From a virus (taxonomy: Duplodnaviria; Caudoviricetes), in the IMG/VR virus record IMGVR_UViG_3300032226_000829: 64,000 nt of DNA. One strand, given 5' to 3'. Made by a program: the position numbers and the translations under genes. Positions within the stretch are counted from its first letter, which is position 1; every line of letters begins with the position of its first letter. Shown here piece after piece: positions 9,626-19,180 of this stretch. Under the pieces are notes generated by a model. The model did no database searches. It was not told the DNA's origin and saw only the letters and a list, made by a program, of their open reading frames with translations.

Positions 9626-10383
9626 TTTCTTAGATCAGGTTTAGTCTTTTCTATCTTGGTTTTTTCTTTGGGCAACTTAGGCATGAAGTTTATGCCTGTG
9701 AGTTTTTCCACTGCTTCTACTGTGGTGGCATATTTGGCAAGATCTTCCACAGGTAGAGCTGTGTTGGGAAATATGAATGCTATGGCCTTGCCTTCTTTTC
9801 TATCGATAATCACTTTCCACAATTGATCAGGCACTCCCACCTTGCCTTCGCCTATGGTTTTAAATTCTTTGTTGTACACTGTGCCGCTGATCACGTAGAT
9901 ATCCATGCCATGATCTACTACCCAATCTCTCACAAATGTTTCCAACTGTTTCCATATGCCTCTGTTGTGATTGGGCACTTGTGGCACCATGTTGGATAGA
10001 AAGAAACTTTCACTCATTGCCTGTTCACTCTGTGTGTTGTTGCCTGCTGGAGCAAGATGTCCTCTGTCGTAAGGATGACCTGCATAATCTTTCAGTGTGG
10101 CATTGTGTTGTGCGGGTATGGCTGGATCTGATCTGAAGTCATCTTTGCGTTTGAATGTGCCTGTGGTACCTTCCATGGTCACATGCTCCACCACATACTC
10201 TGCCGTCTTGGTATCATATCTGTAATGAACAGCATAATTGATTTTGCAAAGATATTGAGTGTTCTGTTTGATTTTAGAAACTGGTGCACCCAAAAGCACG
10301 TGTTGTGGACACTGGTCATCTATAGGATTTGCCCAAACTCCTGTGATTGATAAAATTAAAATTAATAATATTTTATAGTACAT
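9604..10383 (-). CDS. Secreted DNA/RNA non-specific endonuclease (NucA family)
   Basis: Signal peptide; YDRGHLAPA, FFLSNMVPQ, NRGIWKQLE. Confidence 0.92.
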   Translation of the reverse strand: MYYKILLILILSITGVWANPIDDQCPQHVLLGAPVSKIKQNTQYLCKINYAVHYRYDTKTAEYVVEHVTMEGTTGTFKRKDDFRSDPAIPAQHNATLKDYAGHPYDRGHLAPAGNNTQSEQAMSESFFLSNMVPQVPNHNRGIWKQLETFVRDWVVDHGMDIYVISGTVYNKEFKTIGEGKVGVPDQLWKVIIDRKEGKAIAFIFPNTALPVEDLAKYATTVEAVEKLTGINFMPKLPKEKTKIEKTKPDLRKWPKLLN

Positions 10384-10471
10384 ATTGAATGTACTTATAT
10401 TATACTATATTATGTGTGTTTGGAAAAGGCTTCACAGTGCCAAAAAAGCACTGTGAGCCCAGGAATCAAAT

Positions 10472-10783
10472 TTATTTTTTCTTTTTTTTGGCAGGTTTTT
10501 CGTCTTCGTCTTCAAAATCTACGTCTATTTCTTCGTCAAGATCTTCTATATCTTCTTCAGACTCGTCTTCACTGTCTTCACTGTCTTCGCTGTCCTCATC
10601 AGTATCATCCTCATCTTCAAAATAAGAATCATCAGAATCAGTATCTTCTTCGTCTGAATCTATTTCGTAAATGTAGTTTTCAATGATTGATTTAATTTCA
10701 GTTTGTTTTTCTTGTATTTTTTCTATAGAGTCGTCAATTTGTTCAAACAGTTTGTCAATTTTCTTTTGATTAAGTTTAGCCAT
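10472..10783 (-). CDS. Very acidic protein with a Lys-rich tail
   Basis: Helical N-terminus, D/E/S low-complexity middle, ends PAKKKKK. Confidence 0.7.
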   Translation of the reverse strand: MAKLNQKKIDKLFEQIDDSIEKIQEKQTEIKSIIENYIYEIDSDEEDTDSDDSYFEDEDDTDEDSEDSEDSEDESEEDIEDLDEEIDVDFEDEDEKPAKKKKK

Positions 10784-10903
10784 AGTGATCCTCCCATTGT
10801 GTGGTGATGTTATTTAATTTATAATTGAAAAATTTTAAATGACCATTTAAAACAAATTATATACCTAGATAACTGCGTACATTATTGCTGTAAATATTAA
10901 GTC

Positions 10904-11374
10904 ATGACAATATCAAACATACTTAAACCTATCAGTGTGGCTCTAGCTATATTCTTAGCTGCAGACTACTCCCTTGCTGGACCATTGCCTGACTACTCGT
11001 TCAAAAGCCCTGCTTTTAATGGCAATGGTTACAGCACTCACGAGTTGACCAAGTATAACCTGGAACAAACTCGTGCCAAGGAGATTCAACAGGCCTTGGA
11101 ATCCAAAGCTGCGGCTGCCAAAGCAGAGGCTAAGAACACGCCCATCAATCAGTTCATGGTCAATTTAGAATCAAGAATTTACGCACAGATCAGTCAAAAT
11201 TTAGCCACTGCTATGTTTGCAGATGGTGCAGCCACCACTGGCAGCATGACTTTTCAAGGCAACACCATATACTGGAACAAGAACGGCACCACGAGCATCA
11301 CGTTGATGGTGACAGATACTCTGGGCAACAACACCACCATAGAAGTGCCATTGGGACAATTTACATTTAATTAA
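10904..11374 (+). CDS. csgF: Curli assembly protein CsgF-like
   Basis: Signal peptide; FKSPAFNGNG and NLESRIYAQISQNL motifs; directly upstream of csgG. Confidence 0.8.
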   Translation: MTISNILKPISVALAIFLAADYSLAGPLPDYSFKSPAFNGNGYSTHELTKYNLEQTRAKEIQQALESKAAAAKAEAKNTPINQFMVNLESRIYAQISQNLATAMFADGAATTGSMTFQGNTIYWNKNGTTSITLMVTDTLGNNTTIEVPLGQFTFN

Positions 11375-11375
11375 T

Positions 11376-12233
11376 ATGATAAAAATTGCTTTGACATTGG
11401 GATTATTATTGCTGAGTAATTGTGCAGTGATGCAGAAAGGTGGCATGGAAAGCAAACCTGAAATCACTGAGATGAAAATGCAAAAAGAATTTGACACAGT
11501 GCCTACACCAGCACAGAAGAAGATCACAGTGGCAGTGTACAGTTTTCAAGACAAAACAGGACAGCGTAGGAACACTCCCAACGTGGCCAGTTTCTCCACA
11601 GCAGTCACACAGGGTGCAGAACCATTCCTGATCAAAGCTCTGCAAGATGTGGGCAAAGGTCAATGGTTTGATGTGGTAGAACGAGTGAACGTGGACAACC
11701 TGATCAAAGAGAGAACCATCATCAAACAGATGAGAGACATGTATGAGGGCGGCAATGCCAAGAGTGTGCCACCATTGCAATTTGCAGGCATCATAGTGGA
11801 AGGTGGCATCATTGGCTACGACAGTGGCATGGAGTCAGGTGGAGCTGCTTACAAATGGTTGGGCATAGGACCACAATCACAATATTCCAAAGACGTAGTG
11901 ACCATCAGTTTAAGAGCAGTATCAGTGAGCAGCGGCAAGGTGTTGGCTACTATCACAGTGAGCAAGACAATTTACAGCACAGCAGACAGCATTGCCATAT
12001 TGAAAGCATTCAGAGGCGGCACTGCATTTTTTGAAGCTGAGACAGGACTTACTATCAACGAACCCACCACTCTGGCAGTAAAGGCCACAGTCGAGGCAGC
12101 AGTGGTGGAATTAATAAATGAAGGCGAGCGCAAAGGTATTTGGAGTTTTAAAGATCCTAAACCTGAGAACCTAGACGAGTGGTATGAAAATAATAACCAA
12201 CAATTAAACAAAAAACAAGAGGAACAAAAATGA
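11376..12233 (+). CDS. csgG: Curli secretion channel CsgG/HfaB family lipoprotein
   Basis: Lipobox LSNC; VAVYSFQDKTGQR, FSTAVTQGA, WFDVVER, EGGIIGYD. Confidence 0.92.
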   Translation: MIKIALTLGLLLLSNCAVMQKGGMESKPEITEMKMQKEFDTVPTPAQKKITVAVYSFQDKTGQRRNTPNVASFSTAVTQGAEPFLIKALQDVGKGQWFDVVERVNVDNLIKERTIIKQMRDMYEGGNAKSVPPLQFAGIIVEGGIIGYDSGMESGGAAYKWLGIGPQSQYSKDVVTISLRAVSVSSGKVLATITVSKTIYSTADSIAILKAFRGGTAFFEAETGLTINEPTTLAVKATVEAAVVELINEGERKGIWSFKDPKPENLDEWYENNNQQLNKKQEEQK

Positions 12234-13177
12234 AAAATATGAAAATAATAATTCCTTGCTTGGTTACCATACTATATTCAACATCAGCTTTGTCTGATGA
12301 TAATTTGATTTATATTGACCAAGTGGGTTCGTCATCTGACGTCACAGTAACACAAACAGGCAGTGGCAACACAGTGGGTGGTACCAGTGGTGCGGCTGCA
12401 ACAGGTAATAGAGCGTCTTTGTCAGGATCAGATCAAACCATCAGTGTGACACAAACTGGCGATGGCAACACATTAAAATTAAAAACACAAGATGGATCCA
12501 CAGGAACCAGCATAACGAACTATTCAGCGACCGGTGACAACAACACGTCTATCGTGGACACTGTGAGCTCGGGTGCAGGTAACACCATCAATCAAACCAT
12601 ATATGGTGACACCAACACTACCAATGTCAATGTTAGAGGCAACAGTGGCGCCAACTCTGTGACCACAAATATTGGAACATCAGGTGCCAACAGCAACAGC
12701 AACACTGTGAATCAAAGTACCAGCGGTACTCTGAACAGTCAAACTGTGAGCATCACAGGTGGCAACAGCAACACCGTAACTGTGCTGCAAGGCAAAGGAT
12801 CTTCTCTGACCAATGATATCACAGTGCCCACCACTTCAGGCACGTTGTTGGGATTAGATTCCGCCACATTTGGATCTGGCTCAACCAGTGACAAGGCCAC
12901 TGCTTCAGTGACCATACAGGGTGGCAGCAACAATGTGAGAATTGGACAGGTGGGTGGAGATGCCACAGGCAACTCGGCCACTGTGGACATCTTAGGATCT
13001 TCCAACGGCATCAGCATTGCACAACAGGGACTGGGACACAGCTCATCTAGTTTGACTGTGACTGGTGGCAGCAACACTTTGAACGTGGGACAGAATGCTA
13101 CGTCAGGCAACACCAATACTACCACTATGAGTGTGACTGGCAGCAACAACTTGGTCAACATACAACAAAATCACTAG
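12230..13177 (+). CDS. Curlin-repeat protein 1 (CsgA/CsgB-like beta-solenoid)
   Basis: Signal peptide, NLIYIDQVG, many Q/T-x-G-x-x-N repeats. Confidence 0.8.
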   Translation: MKNMKIIIPCLVTILYSTSALSDDNLIYIDQVGSSSDVTVTQTGSGNTVGGTSGAAATGNRASLSGSDQTISVTQTGDGNTLKLKTQDGSTGTSITNYSATGDNNTSIVDTVSSGAGNTINQTIYGDTNTTNVNVRGNSGANSVTTNIGTSGANSNSNTVNQSTSGTLNSQTVSITGGNSNTVTVLQGKGSSLTNDITVPTTSGTLLGLDSATFGSGSTSDKATASVTIQGGSNNVRIGQVGGDATGNSATVDILGSSNGISIAQQGLGHSSSSLTVTGGSNTLNVGQNATSGNTNTTTMSVTGSNNLVNIQQNH

Positions 13178-13186
13178 GAATGTCCA

Positions 13187-14008
13187 ATGAGACTTCTAAA
13201 TTGGCTCACAGCAGGATTGATCGTTTCCTCGGCAACCTGCTGGGCAGCTGACAACGAGGCCTACATTGATCAACTGGGAGAATATGCCACCATATATGTG
13301 GAACAGGATGGTTCAGCCAACAGCCTAGGCGGAGTGGATGGACCCATATGGTACAGCAATCCTGCCATGATGTATGGTGATGGTCAAAATGTGGACATCA
13401 GACAGGTGGGATCTGGCAACTACTTAAAATTTTCTATTTTCACTAAATTGGAAGACTACGCATATACCAGAACCGGAGTCACATGCACAGGAGTGTGTGG
13501 TGAAGCGGATGCCAACGAGTTCGTGGTGTATACCACTGGCTACGGCAACCTGGGCACTGTGAACGTCAATGCCGATGGTGAGGTGGAAACATCTGGCATA
13601 GCACTGTACCTATCGGAGACTGGAGATTTCAATGAGAGCAACATATCCATCACTGGGTTGAAGCACACAGTGGTGCTGCTGACCATGGGCGACGTCAACA
13701 CATTCAACAGCGTGACTACAGGCGAAGAGAACTTCTCCTACACCAGCGTCACAGGATATCTCAACACTATTTCTATCACTCAAAGTGGCACTAAAGGTTT
13801 AGTCATATTGGACATAGCAGGCAATCAGAACACTGCCACTGTCACACAATCAGGTGGAGGAGCTCTAGGGCATTGGACCAATCTTTCTGTCAGTGGCAAT
13901 CTTAACACTCACACCATAGCACAGTCAGGCACAGCGGCGGACAGCGTGGTGGATATCAAGACCACGGGCGGCAGCAACAACTTTAACATCAACGTGAATT
14001 CAAGATAA
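13187..14008 (+). CDS. Curlin-repeat protein 2
   Basis: Signal peptide, NEAYIDQLG, QxGxxN repeats. Confidence 0.75.
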   Translation: MRLLNWLTAGLIVSSATCWAADNEAYIDQLGEYATIYVEQDGSANSLGGVDGPIWYSNPAMMYGDGQNVDIRQVGSGNYLKFSIFTKLEDYAYTRTGVTCTGVCGEADANEFVVYTTGYGNLGTVNVNADGEVETSGIALYLSETGDFNESNISITGLKHTVVLLTMGDVNTFNSVTTGEENFSYTSVTGYLNTISITQSGTKGLVILDIAGNQNTATVTQSGGGALGHWTNLSVSGNLNTHTIAQSGTAADSVVDIKTTGGSNNFNINVNSR

Positions 14009-15129
14009 TGAAAAAGATCCTATTATTGATGCTGTTATACACCACTGCTGTGTATCCAGCAGCCATAGGAACCATCACAGAACAAACAGCAGCACCAGGT
14101 TCTATTGTGAGAAATAAGAATACCATCACAGGCACCAAAGGCACAGGCATAGAGATGCAGGATGCTGTGAACACTGCCAAGGGCAAAGTGGGCATAACAT
14201 TTGAAGATGCTACCCGAGTGGAAGTGAATGAAAATTCCAAACTCGTGATAGATGATTTCGTTTATGACGCTAAAAAAGGTTCAGGCAAATTGGCCATGAA
14301 GTTTGCTGAAGGCACAGTGAGATATGCCTCAGGTGCCATTGCCAGCAAGAATCCCAATGCAGTTAATATCAACACACCATCTGCCACCATTGCAGTGCGA
14401 GGCACAGACTTCACTGCCACTGTGGATGAAGTGGGTGCCAGCACCATTATTCTATTGCCCAGTTGTCCCAAAGGTTGGGCAGACATAGACAGAGATTGCA
14501 AGACCGGAGTGATTGATGTGATGAATAATGCAGGCACAGTCACTTTAAACAAACCCTTTCAAGGCACCAGAGTGGAGAATAGAAACACAGCACCATTAAA
14601 ACCTACCATACTGAGTTTGAATTTAGACACCATTAATAACCTGTTGATTGTGAGCCCACCCAAAGAGATCAAACAGGCACAGGAACAATATGACAACGAA
14701 GCAAAAAACACAGCCAGCATGCTGAATGAAAATCTATTGGACAGCAAGGATTTTTTAAAAGATGAATTGAAAAGCAGGAATGAGTTTGGAGATAATCCTC
14801 TGCTGGAAGATCTACTGGGACAAAATTTCTTGGCCAACATCTTTGACATATTGGAGCAACAGTTAAAGAATGAAAGAAAAGCAGTGTTAAAAAGTGCATT
14901 GGTCCCAGAAGGTGACAGCCTGCTGCCGGACTACAATCCTGACACAGGAGTAAAGGCCACAGTGGGTGCATCGGAAGTGACGCTGTGCCGTAATGATGGC
15001 AGCAACAATCAGTGCATCACCACACCGCGCGGTCAGAGCAGCACCATCATACAGGGTCAAGGACCAGTGAGCATTCAGAACAGGGTCAACTCAGGTGGTG
15101 GCACAACCATAACAGTGATACAACGATGA
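14008..15129 (+). CDS. FecR-domain secreted protein
   Basis: ITFEDATRVEVNENSKLVIDDFVYD, TPSATIAVRGTDF typical of FecR. Confidence 0.85.
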   Translation: MKKILLLMLLYTTAVYPAAIGTITEQTAAPGSIVRNKNTITGTKGTGIEMQDAVNTAKGKVGITFEDATRVEVNENSKLVIDDFVYDAKKGSGKLAMKFAEGTVRYASGAIASKNPNAVNINTPSATIAVRGTDFTATVDEVGASTIILLPSCPKGWADIDRDCKTGVIDVMNNAGTVTLNKPFQGTRVENRNTAPLKPTILSLNLDTINNLLIVSPPKEIKQAQEQYDNEAKNTASMLNENLLDSKDFLKDELKSRNEFGDNPLLEDLLGQNFLANIFDILEQQLKNERKAVLKSALVPEGDSLLPDYNPDTGVKATVGASEVTLCRNDGSNNQCITTPRGQSSTIIQGQGPVSIQNRVNSGGGTTITVIQR

Positions 15130-16436
15130 GAAAAATATTATTATTAATGTTATTATTATGCTCAGATGCTTGGGCAACACTGTCATATAAAACATATAGA
15201 GGCACAGGTGCTTATCCTAGTATGCCATATTACGGCACAGGTCAACTATATTACCCAACTGTATTAAGCACTGGAACAGTGGCTAATATTAATTACAATT
15301 GGGGCGGTGGTTATGTTTTAGATTCAGGTAGACATGAACAAGTCATTGTAAATTTTTATGGTTATATCACCATACCAGGATCAGGATCTCAAACAATATA
15401 TTTTTATAGTGCTAGTGATGATGGGTTTTATCTGAGGGTAAACAATTCCACAGTTATTAATAGTTGGGTTGAACAAGGAGTATCATATTACAATGGTTCA
15501 GGAAGTATTGTACTACAAGGTGGACAATCATATTATATCGATGCTTGGATGTATGAGAATGGTGGAGGTGCGGCTGCTATGTTATATTGGAATACAGGTT
15601 CAGGTATAACCGTAGTTCCAAGTTCAGCATTAACTACAACTATGCCAGCAGGTTCAGGAGGTGGAGGCAGTTACATCAGCAATATCACAAACACACAACA
15701 GAACAACATCACTGCCAATCTGGGCAGAACCACAGCACTGGCCAACGGCAATGAGATCTACATAGATCAAGTGGGAAACAATAACACAACAACAATCACT
15801 CAAAAAGGTAATAATAATAAAATCACAGGTACCACACAGCAAACTGCCACCATATCAGGCAACAGCAACTCTACCACTATCAGACAGAACAGTGGCACAG
15901 GTAAAAATTTAATAGATCTAAATGTGACCGGCACGGGCAGCAACACCCTCAACCTCAACCAGGGCTATCTCACAGATGGCACACTGAGCGGCAATCAACT
16001 GGGCAACAACTATCAGAAAGTGGATGTGCAGGGCAACAACAACTCATTGACCACTCAGCAGAATAGAGATGTGGGCACAGTGGGCAATTACATGGAACAC
16101 ACTGTGATTGGCAATTACAACAGCATCACCAGCACACAGAGCGGAGACAACAAATTATTATTCAATTCTATCACGGGCAACTACAACACTGTGAGCACCA
16201 CACAGTCAGGCACAGGCGCTCAACACTATATTGATTTGACACTGAATGGTGCAGGCAACACTGCCACTGTGAATCAGAGTGGCAACACACAGAACAAGGC
16301 CACCATAGTGATCAACAATTTGGGTGGATCAGCGGGTGTGAATCTCACACAGACCGGCGGGCAAACCTACAACATCACTACCAACTGCGTGACACTGGGC
16401 GGTTGCGGCACTACCACGGTGAACCAAGCACAATAA
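15126..16436 (+). CDS. PA14 domain + curlin-repeat fusion protein
   Basis: Start reassigned to ATG 15126 (signal peptide); PA14 with SDDG and YENGGGA; C-terminal NEIYIDQVG and curlin repeats. Confidence 0.8.
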   Translation: MRKILLLMLLLCSDAWATLSYKTYRGTGAYPSMPYYGTGQLYYPTVLSTGTVANINYNWGGGYVLDSGRHEQVIVNFYGYITIPGSGSQTIYFYSASDDGFYLRVNNSTVINSWVEQGVSYYNGSGSIVLQGGQSYYIDAWMYENGGGAAAMLYWNTGSGITVVPSSALTTTMPAGSGGGGSYISNITNTQQNNITANLGRTTALANGNEIYIDQVGNNNTTTITQKGNNNKITGTTQQTATISGNSNSTTIRQNSGTGKNLIDLNVTGTGSNTLNLNQGYLTDGTLSGNQLGNNYQKVDVQGNNNSLTTQQNRDVGTVGNYMEHTVIGNYNSITSTQSGDNKLLFNSITGNYNTVSTTQSGTGAQHYIDLTLNGAGNTATVNQSGNTQNKATIVINNLGGSAGVNLTQTGGQTYNITTNCVTLGGCGTTTVNQAQ

Positions 16437-16447
16437 ATACTCATATT

Positions 16448-18484
16448 ATGAAATGGGTCAGTCCTTGGACAGCAATCATCACTTTGATATTAATCCTCAC
16501 TGTTAGGATGGCAGACCCCGCATTTGTGGAGAGTGTGCGACTGAGATACTTTGACACTCTGATCACTGGCAAAACTGCCACACAAAACAACATATACACT
16601 GTTAACATTGACGAGAAGAGTTTGGAGCAGTATGGGCAATGGCCATTCCCCCGAGATGTGTATGGCCGGATTATCCAAGATTTGTATGACAGAGGAGCAG
16701 GGTTAGTGGTGTTCAACGTGCTGATGCCAGAACCAGATCGCAGTGGCAAAGATGCGACATTGGCAGAAACCATGCGAAAATATCCTGTGGTGTTGAGCAA
16801 TGTGCCAGCACAACAGACCAAGAATGAACCCCGAGTGCCAGGCTCAGCAGTGCTGGGACCAGAACATCTTAACACCATTGTGAAATATTCAGGCATGATT
16901 GCCAATATACCGTCATTGGAAAATGCTGCTGTGGGAGTGGGAACCACCAACACACTGCCAGAGATAGATGGCGTGAACCGACGACTGCCTCTGATAGTCA
17001 CTGTGGATGGAAAATTATATCCCAACCTTGCAGTGGAAACTCTGAGAGTGGCCACAAACAATTCTACATTTCAAGTCAAGTTAAATGTGAATGGTGTGGA
17101 GAAGATGAGACTGCCTGGAGACATAGGCATCATTGACACAGACTCCTTGGGCAGAGTATGGATAGATTGGAGTCAACGGAATCACTCAGTGTCTTTAAAT
17201 GATCTACCCGCAGACTTCAAAGGATCCATAGTGATAGTGGGCACATCAGCAGCAGGCATAGCCAATCCAGTGGCCACAGCCATAGGACCAGTTTGGCCTC
17301 AGGATCTACAAGCAGCCGTGATAGGCACCATGATCAACAAAGTGAATATCAAGAGACCTGATTGGGCAGAGGGTGCAGAAACAATCAGTTTAATACTATT
17401 GTCCTTGACTTTATTATTTTTAAGCAGATGGGTTTATGTGGGCATGGCAATGGGAGTCATTATGATTGTTGCCGTGGTTCCTTTGAGCAATCTTTTTTAC
17501 ACACACAATCTTTGGCTGTTGGATGGCACTCTACTGGTGGCAGGATTGACATTGGTGATGCTGCATGCCTATGGTATCAAATTTGTCAGTGAGTATCTAC
17601 AGAAACAGAGAATCAAGAAACAATTTGGTGGATATGCATCTCCCATGGTGGTTGAAATGTTGCAGAAGAATCCAGACATAATCAAACAAGGTATTAAGAA
17701 AGAAGTATCCATCTGTTTTTCAGATCTGCGTGGATTCACTCCACTGGGAGAATCATTTGGCAATGATGTGAAAGGATTGACTGAAGTGATGAATGGTTAT
17801 ATGGATGCCATCACACAACCTGTGTTGGATGCCAACGGCATGATCATCAAGTACATTGGTGATGCCAGCATGCACATTCACAATGCACCCATGGATGATC
17901 CAGAACATCCTAAAACAGCAGTGCAGACTGCACTTCGCATGTTGAAGGCAGTGGAACGTTTCAATGAGACATTAACAGCCAAAGGTAGACCCATTGTGGG
18001 CATGGGTGCTGGTATCAACACTGGTCTGGGTTATATCGGTGAAATGGGCAGCACACAGCGACATTCATATGATGTGTTGGGTGATGCTGTGAGCACCACA
18101 GCAAGATTGGAAAGTCAATGCAAGAACTATGGAGTGCTATTGATAGTGGGTCCTGAAACCCATCGCAGAACTCAGAATGATTTCTTCTATCTCAAACTGG
18201 ATGATTTGGCAGTGAAAGGCAAAACTGTGGGATTGGAGATCCACACAGTGTTGGATTTGAATGCTGCGGAACATGCAGATGACAAACAAACACATGATGC
18301 CATGCATGCGGATTATAGGAATCAAAAATTTGATGCAGCCATTCAAAAATGCAAACAGTTGCAAGACCGATTTGATGGTCAGATGAAAAAATACTATGAC
18401 ATGTGGCAAGAGCGTTGTGAATACATGAAAACACAAACGTTGCCCAAGGATTGGACGGGTGTGTTCACAGCCACCAGCAAGTGA
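16448..18484 (+). CDS. CHASE2-domain class III adenylate cyclase
   Basis: CHASE2 (GQWPFPR, VFNVLMPEPD), 3 TM helices, FSDLRGFT, KYIGDA, INTG, YDVLGDAVSTTARLE. Confidence 0.92.
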   Translation: MKWVSPWTAIITLILILTVRMADPAFVESVRLRYFDTLITGKTATQNNIYTVNIDEKSLEQYGQWPFPRDVYGRIIQDLYDRGAGLVVFNVLMPEPDRSGKDATLAETMRKYPVVLSNVPAQQTKNEPRVPGSAVLGPEHLNTIVKYSGMIANIPSLENAAVGVGTTNTLPEIDGVNRRLPLIVTVDGKLYPNLAVETLRVATNNSTFQVKLNVNGVEKMRLPGDIGIIDTDSLGRVWIDWSQRNHSVSLNDLPADFKGSIVIVGTSAAGIANPVATAIGPVWPQDLQAAVIGTMINKVNIKRPDWAEGAETISLILLSLTLLFLSRWVYVGMAMGVIMIVAVVPLSNLFYTHNLWLLDGTLLVAGLTLVMLHAYGIKFVSEYLQKQRIKKQFGGYASPMVVEMLQKNPDIIKQGIKKEVSICFSDLRGFTPLGESFGNDVKGLTEVMNGYMDAITQPVLDANGMIIKYIGDASMHIHNAPMDDPEHPKTAVQTALRMLKAVERFNETLTAKGRPIVGMGAGINTGLGYIGEMGSTQRHSYDVLGDAVSTTARLESQCKNYGVLLIVGPETHRRTQNDFFYLKLDDLAVKGKTVGLEIHTVLDLNAAEHADDKQTHDAMHADYRNQKFDAAIQKCKQLQDRFDGQMKKYYDMWQERCEYMKTQTLPKDWTGVFTATSK

Positions 18485-18888
18485 TGTTGATATCTCCCAA
18501 ATATAAATTATTTCCACAACGATTGAGAGTTTATCCATTTAATCAAATACAAGATCAGCATCCTGTGGATTCACTGTTTGAGCCACAATTGAAAGAAGCT
18601 GTGTTGCAGGAAGGATTGCTGTGTCCCATGGTATTGAATCACAAAAAACATCTGATCAGTGGCAGTCACAGATACAAGATATTGCGAGAATTGAATTACA
18701 GCAGCAGTGAATTCTATCTGGCTCTGAGCCGTGATGAGGAACGATTTTTCACACAGTTGAACGTGACTGTGTGGCAGCTGCACCAGCAGCGCCAAGTGCC
18801 CACAGATGCACAATTTTTATTTGAAGGTGCAATGAAAGCATTCACTGTGAAATGTCAACACCTATTCACAGTGCCCAAGCACAGATAA
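18484..18888 (+). CDS. ParB/Srx-like N-terminal domain protein
   Basis: EGLLCPMVL...LISGSHRYKIL; TGATG-coupled to the cyclase. Confidence 0.55.
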   Translation: MLISPKYKLFPQRLRVYPFNQIQDQHPVDSLFEPQLKEAVLQEGLLCPMVLNHKKHLISGSHRYKILRELNYSSSEFYLALSRDEERFFTQLNVTVWQLHQQRQVPTDAQFLFEGAMKAFTVKCQHLFTVPKHR

Positions 18889-18901
18889 ATACTCATATAT
18901 T

Positions 18902-19180
18902 ATGGACTTCTTAAAATTAACCATGGACGTGGGTTTTCCCATTGCAGCAGCACTGGCAGGTGGTTTCTTTGTGTTCCTCACACTGAAATTCATACTGGCG
19001 TCTGTGACCTCAGATGTGAAGAAGCTGAGCGGCATCATTGAAGCCTTGGACAATCGTGTTAAAACCATGAATGCAGATGTGATACGCATTGACACACTGA
19101 TCAGTGCCACACTTAAAATACGCCCAGATGTGGAACGCATTGGTAGAGCCAACGGCAAAGAAGATTGTAGGAAAGATTAA
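18902..19180 (+). CDS. Single-TM coiled-coil membrane protein
   Basis: GFPIAAA TM then coiled coil; GATAAATA upstream; paralog of the next gene. Confidence 0.7.
   Translation: MDFLKLTMDVGFPIAAALAGGFFVFLTLKFILASVTSDVKKLSGIIEALDNRVKTMNADVIRIDTLISATLKIRPDVERIGRANGKEDCRKD

Noticed and set aside
12230-16436. Curlin repeats as DNA tandem repeats or a diversity-generating target
   Set aside because: Repetition is at protein level with divergent codons; no template/variable repeat pair or reverse transcriptase seen.
11201-18538. Minus-strand ORFs inside the curli/cyclase operon (e.g. 12739-13161, 16441-17061)
   Set aside because: Antisense shadows of low-complexity or well-supported plus-strand genes; no RBS or motifs.
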